From Macrostomum lignano (lineage: Eukaryota), in the NCBI GenBank assembly GCA_002269645.1, contig NIVC01001049.1, positions 1-64,000 of the forward strand: a DNA stretch of 64,000 bases. Direction: 5' to 3'. The notes below the pieces were generated by a model. The model was not told the origin of the DNA, ran no database searches, and saw only the letters and a program-made list of their open reading frames with translations. Both the position numbers and the translations under genes were made by a program. Positions 61,630 to 64,000 of the stretch are shown here, piece by piece; the stretch's first letter is position 1, and every line of letters starts with the position of its first letter.

Positions 61630-63315
61630 GAGAATGACCAGCTGGCTGCCCTTGTCGGCCGGCTTGATGACGATGGACTTGTCCGCCCGCAGGTCTCGCA
61701 GTGCCTTTACCTCCGCCTCGCTGATGTTTGGAGCGTTCCTGCAGTCCCGGATGTTCTCCCTGACGTCGTCAAGCTCCGCCAGAGCGACTTGAATTTCGGG
61801 CCGGATGCGGCTCCCATCGATGCTGGCCGTTGGGCGTCGAAGAAGCGGCGGACCGTCGTCCACCGTCAGTTCGCGCTTGAAGCCGCGAGCCTCCGACACG
61901 GTCAGACGCTCGCCAAAGTCTCGGACGCCGGACGCCAGTGACTCCGCCGAGGTGCACCGAGGAGCCACTACGAAGGACTGGCCGCGCTCCAGCAGTTGCA
62001 GTTAAGTCGGTAAGAGAGCGCGATCCAGGCTGATCTGGTCCCGTCGGAATGCCAGGTCCTTGGTGTCCAGCGAGATCAGGCTGACGGACCGGTAGCTGCT
62101 CTGGAACTGGTTCGCCTTGCGGCAGTTATTCTTCTGGAGCGCCTGCGCATCGGGTGGGCACACGGTCTGCACCACCCAGATTGACGCACAGGGGAAAGCC
62201 TTCCTGATGTTGGTCAGGCTCATCTTCCAAAGCTTGGCGATGGAGAAGTCAAAGCTCTCACGGTGGAGGTCGTTGTTGCCGGCCCAGACGATGACGTGGC
62301 CTGTGGCGGGACTCGCATTCTCCACCTTGCTGATGTTCTTCAGGTAGTCCAGCGTGAGGCCTGGAAAGCAGTGCACCTCCAGGTCTGGCGAGGCCAGCTT
62401 CACGAATTCCATGTTCTGGTCAGCGATCACCAAGGTGGGCTTCTGCTTTGAACTCAGCTTCCAGTGCTTCTTGGCTCCGTGGTGGAAGACGACTTTGTTC
62501 TCCCGTAAGCTTCTGGCAGTCTTCGACGGCTGCATGAGGCTCCCGGAATCAGGAGAACCAGATGGAGGTCTCTACCTGGTGGCCGCCGGGGTTCCAGAGT
62601 CTGCGGCATCTTCACTTGTCCGTGCGGTGACAGTTTCTGGGACACCAGTAGACGTAGTCATGGGTAGGGACACCCCCCTGTTCGTCGGAGACTCAATTGA
62701 GGCACAGTCCCGTGCGGATGGCGCCGTAGAGTTCTCTTCTCGAGCCGTCGAAGCTGACGAATCCGCCGGCGCGGTCGCCGACAAAGCCGCCGGCGCAGTC
62801 GCCGACGAGGCCGCCGGCGCGGTCACCGACGAAGCTGACGAGGCCGCCGGCGCGGTCGCCGACGAAGCTGACGAGGCCGCCGGCGCGGTCGCCGACGAAG
62901 CTGACGAGGCCGTCGGCGCGGTCGCCGACGAAGCCGCCGAGGAAGCCGCCGGCGCGTTAGCTCCAGTCTCGAAAATGGACATGTGCTCCTCCGACGCCTC
63001 CTTGATGATGGAAGCCAACGAACCGGACGTAGGTGGGCAGCGGTCGACGCTTGGAAATGCGGCGTGGCTTCGAGCTGCGTAGCCGGTTCACTCAGACAGT
63101 CAGCCAGTGCCTTGAACCCATGGGTGTGCAGTCGCTCCATCAAGGATGCGGGGACTCCAGGCTCTGCCAATCTTGTTAGCGGCCCACCGGATGCCTATGA
63201 GCCAGCCGGTCTTGAATTCCTCCACCGGGCCGGATAGTCGAAGCTGCTCCAACTTCTCGGCCACCGCTGCGAACTGCGTGCCATAATGCGTCCTCATGTC
63301 CGCTGTTGTGTGCAC
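61630..63315 (-). pseudogene. Decayed Penelope-like retroelement ORF: Ala/Ser linker, SGNH-hydrolase-like domain, PLE RT N-terminus
   Basis: ORFs 62572..63018, 62002..62535 and 61483..61968 share one frame and are separated by single stops. SGNH-like VHCFPG...VIVWAGNNDL; PLE-type LLERGQSFVVAP and NISEAEVKALRDLRADKSIVIKPADKGSQLVIL; cut off by a (GA)-rich tract. Confidence 0.75.
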
Positions 63316-63662
63316 CAGCCACTGAAGGGCATTGGATTCAAAGCGCTAGTGAGTCTCCTTGCCCTGGAACGCTGGACAGAGGAATAAGGTCAGACTATCT
63401 GCCTTCCTTCGGACTGTCACTGGAGCTGCCGGGCGAGACCAGTTCTGCAGATGGTGGTGGATCCTGCAGGAGAGAGGGGAGAGGGAGAGGAGGAGAGGGG
63501 GAGAGAGAGAGGAGGAGAGAGGGGAGAGGGAGAGGAGGAGAGAGAGAAGCAGAGGGGAGAGGAGGAGAGAGGGGAGAGGAGGAGAGAGGGGAGAGGGAGA
63601 GGACGATTGAGAGAAGCAGAGGGGAGAGGGAGAGGAGGAGGAGGCTCTATAATTACCTTCTG

Positions 63663-64000
63663 TTATCAGTGTGAGAGCCAAATAACGAAGGCCGGTGGAT
63701 TCGAATAACTTTTCCTGGTGACGCAATCACGAGATGTTTGCTTTCAATCCGTTGTATTTGGTGTGTGCGATCTCAGAGATGCTCACTGCCAGAGAAAATA
63801 CAGGGGGTGTTCCAGGTAAGAGCTTGATTAATTATAGCTCTGTTCAGGGTTCAAATGTCTGGGCGAACTGATAGCTCGATCTGATATGTGGAGGGGATCG
63901 GATATCCTTTGTTAGGGTTCGATGGGATATTGAATAACATATGGGATTTGTTATATCCAAATGGTTGGCTACTTTCTCATCATGGGACAATAAATAGAAC
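63663..64000 (-). repeat. Second LTR 3' end plus PBS, homologous to 10492-10620 (runs off-window)
   Basis: Shared GTGAGAGCCAAATAAC...GGATTC...TTTTCCTG...CCGTTGTATTTG...GAGATG...CTCAC over ~120 nt, at roughly 70% identity by eye. Confidence 0.7.

Overview
Eukaryotic (metazoan) genomic DNA: GC-rich spliced exons separated by introns packed with mini/microsatellites. The style resembles the flatworm Macrostomum, but that is an inference. From left to right: (1) 1-11073, minus strand: the 5' ~11 kb of a large Ty3/gypsy LTR element with LTR, PBS and a 4.3-kb leader holding accessory ORFs. Its gag (2 CCHC knuckles) runs in frame into a signal peptide and a herpesvirus-gB-like class III envelope glycoprotein, which sits BEFORE protease and RT. 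Several single-base frameshifts occur. (2) A DSTYK kinase gene, interrupted by that element in a kinase exon and carrying a duplicated hinge exon. (3) A mariner relic and a hAT MITE. (4) GLG1. (5) A succinyl-CoA ligase beta gene. (6) A 4.2-kb 24-bp minisatellite. (7) A candidate microprotein and a palindromic MITE. (8) IAH1. (9) An IFIT-like TPR protein with a possible HEPN-like C-terminus, an intronless ankyrin gene and a multi-TM ORF. (10) A CORE-type SINE. (11) A decayed SGNH-plus-Penelope RT ORF lying downstream of a second LTR/PBS homologous to the first. All family calls come from motif recognition by eye; no searches were run.
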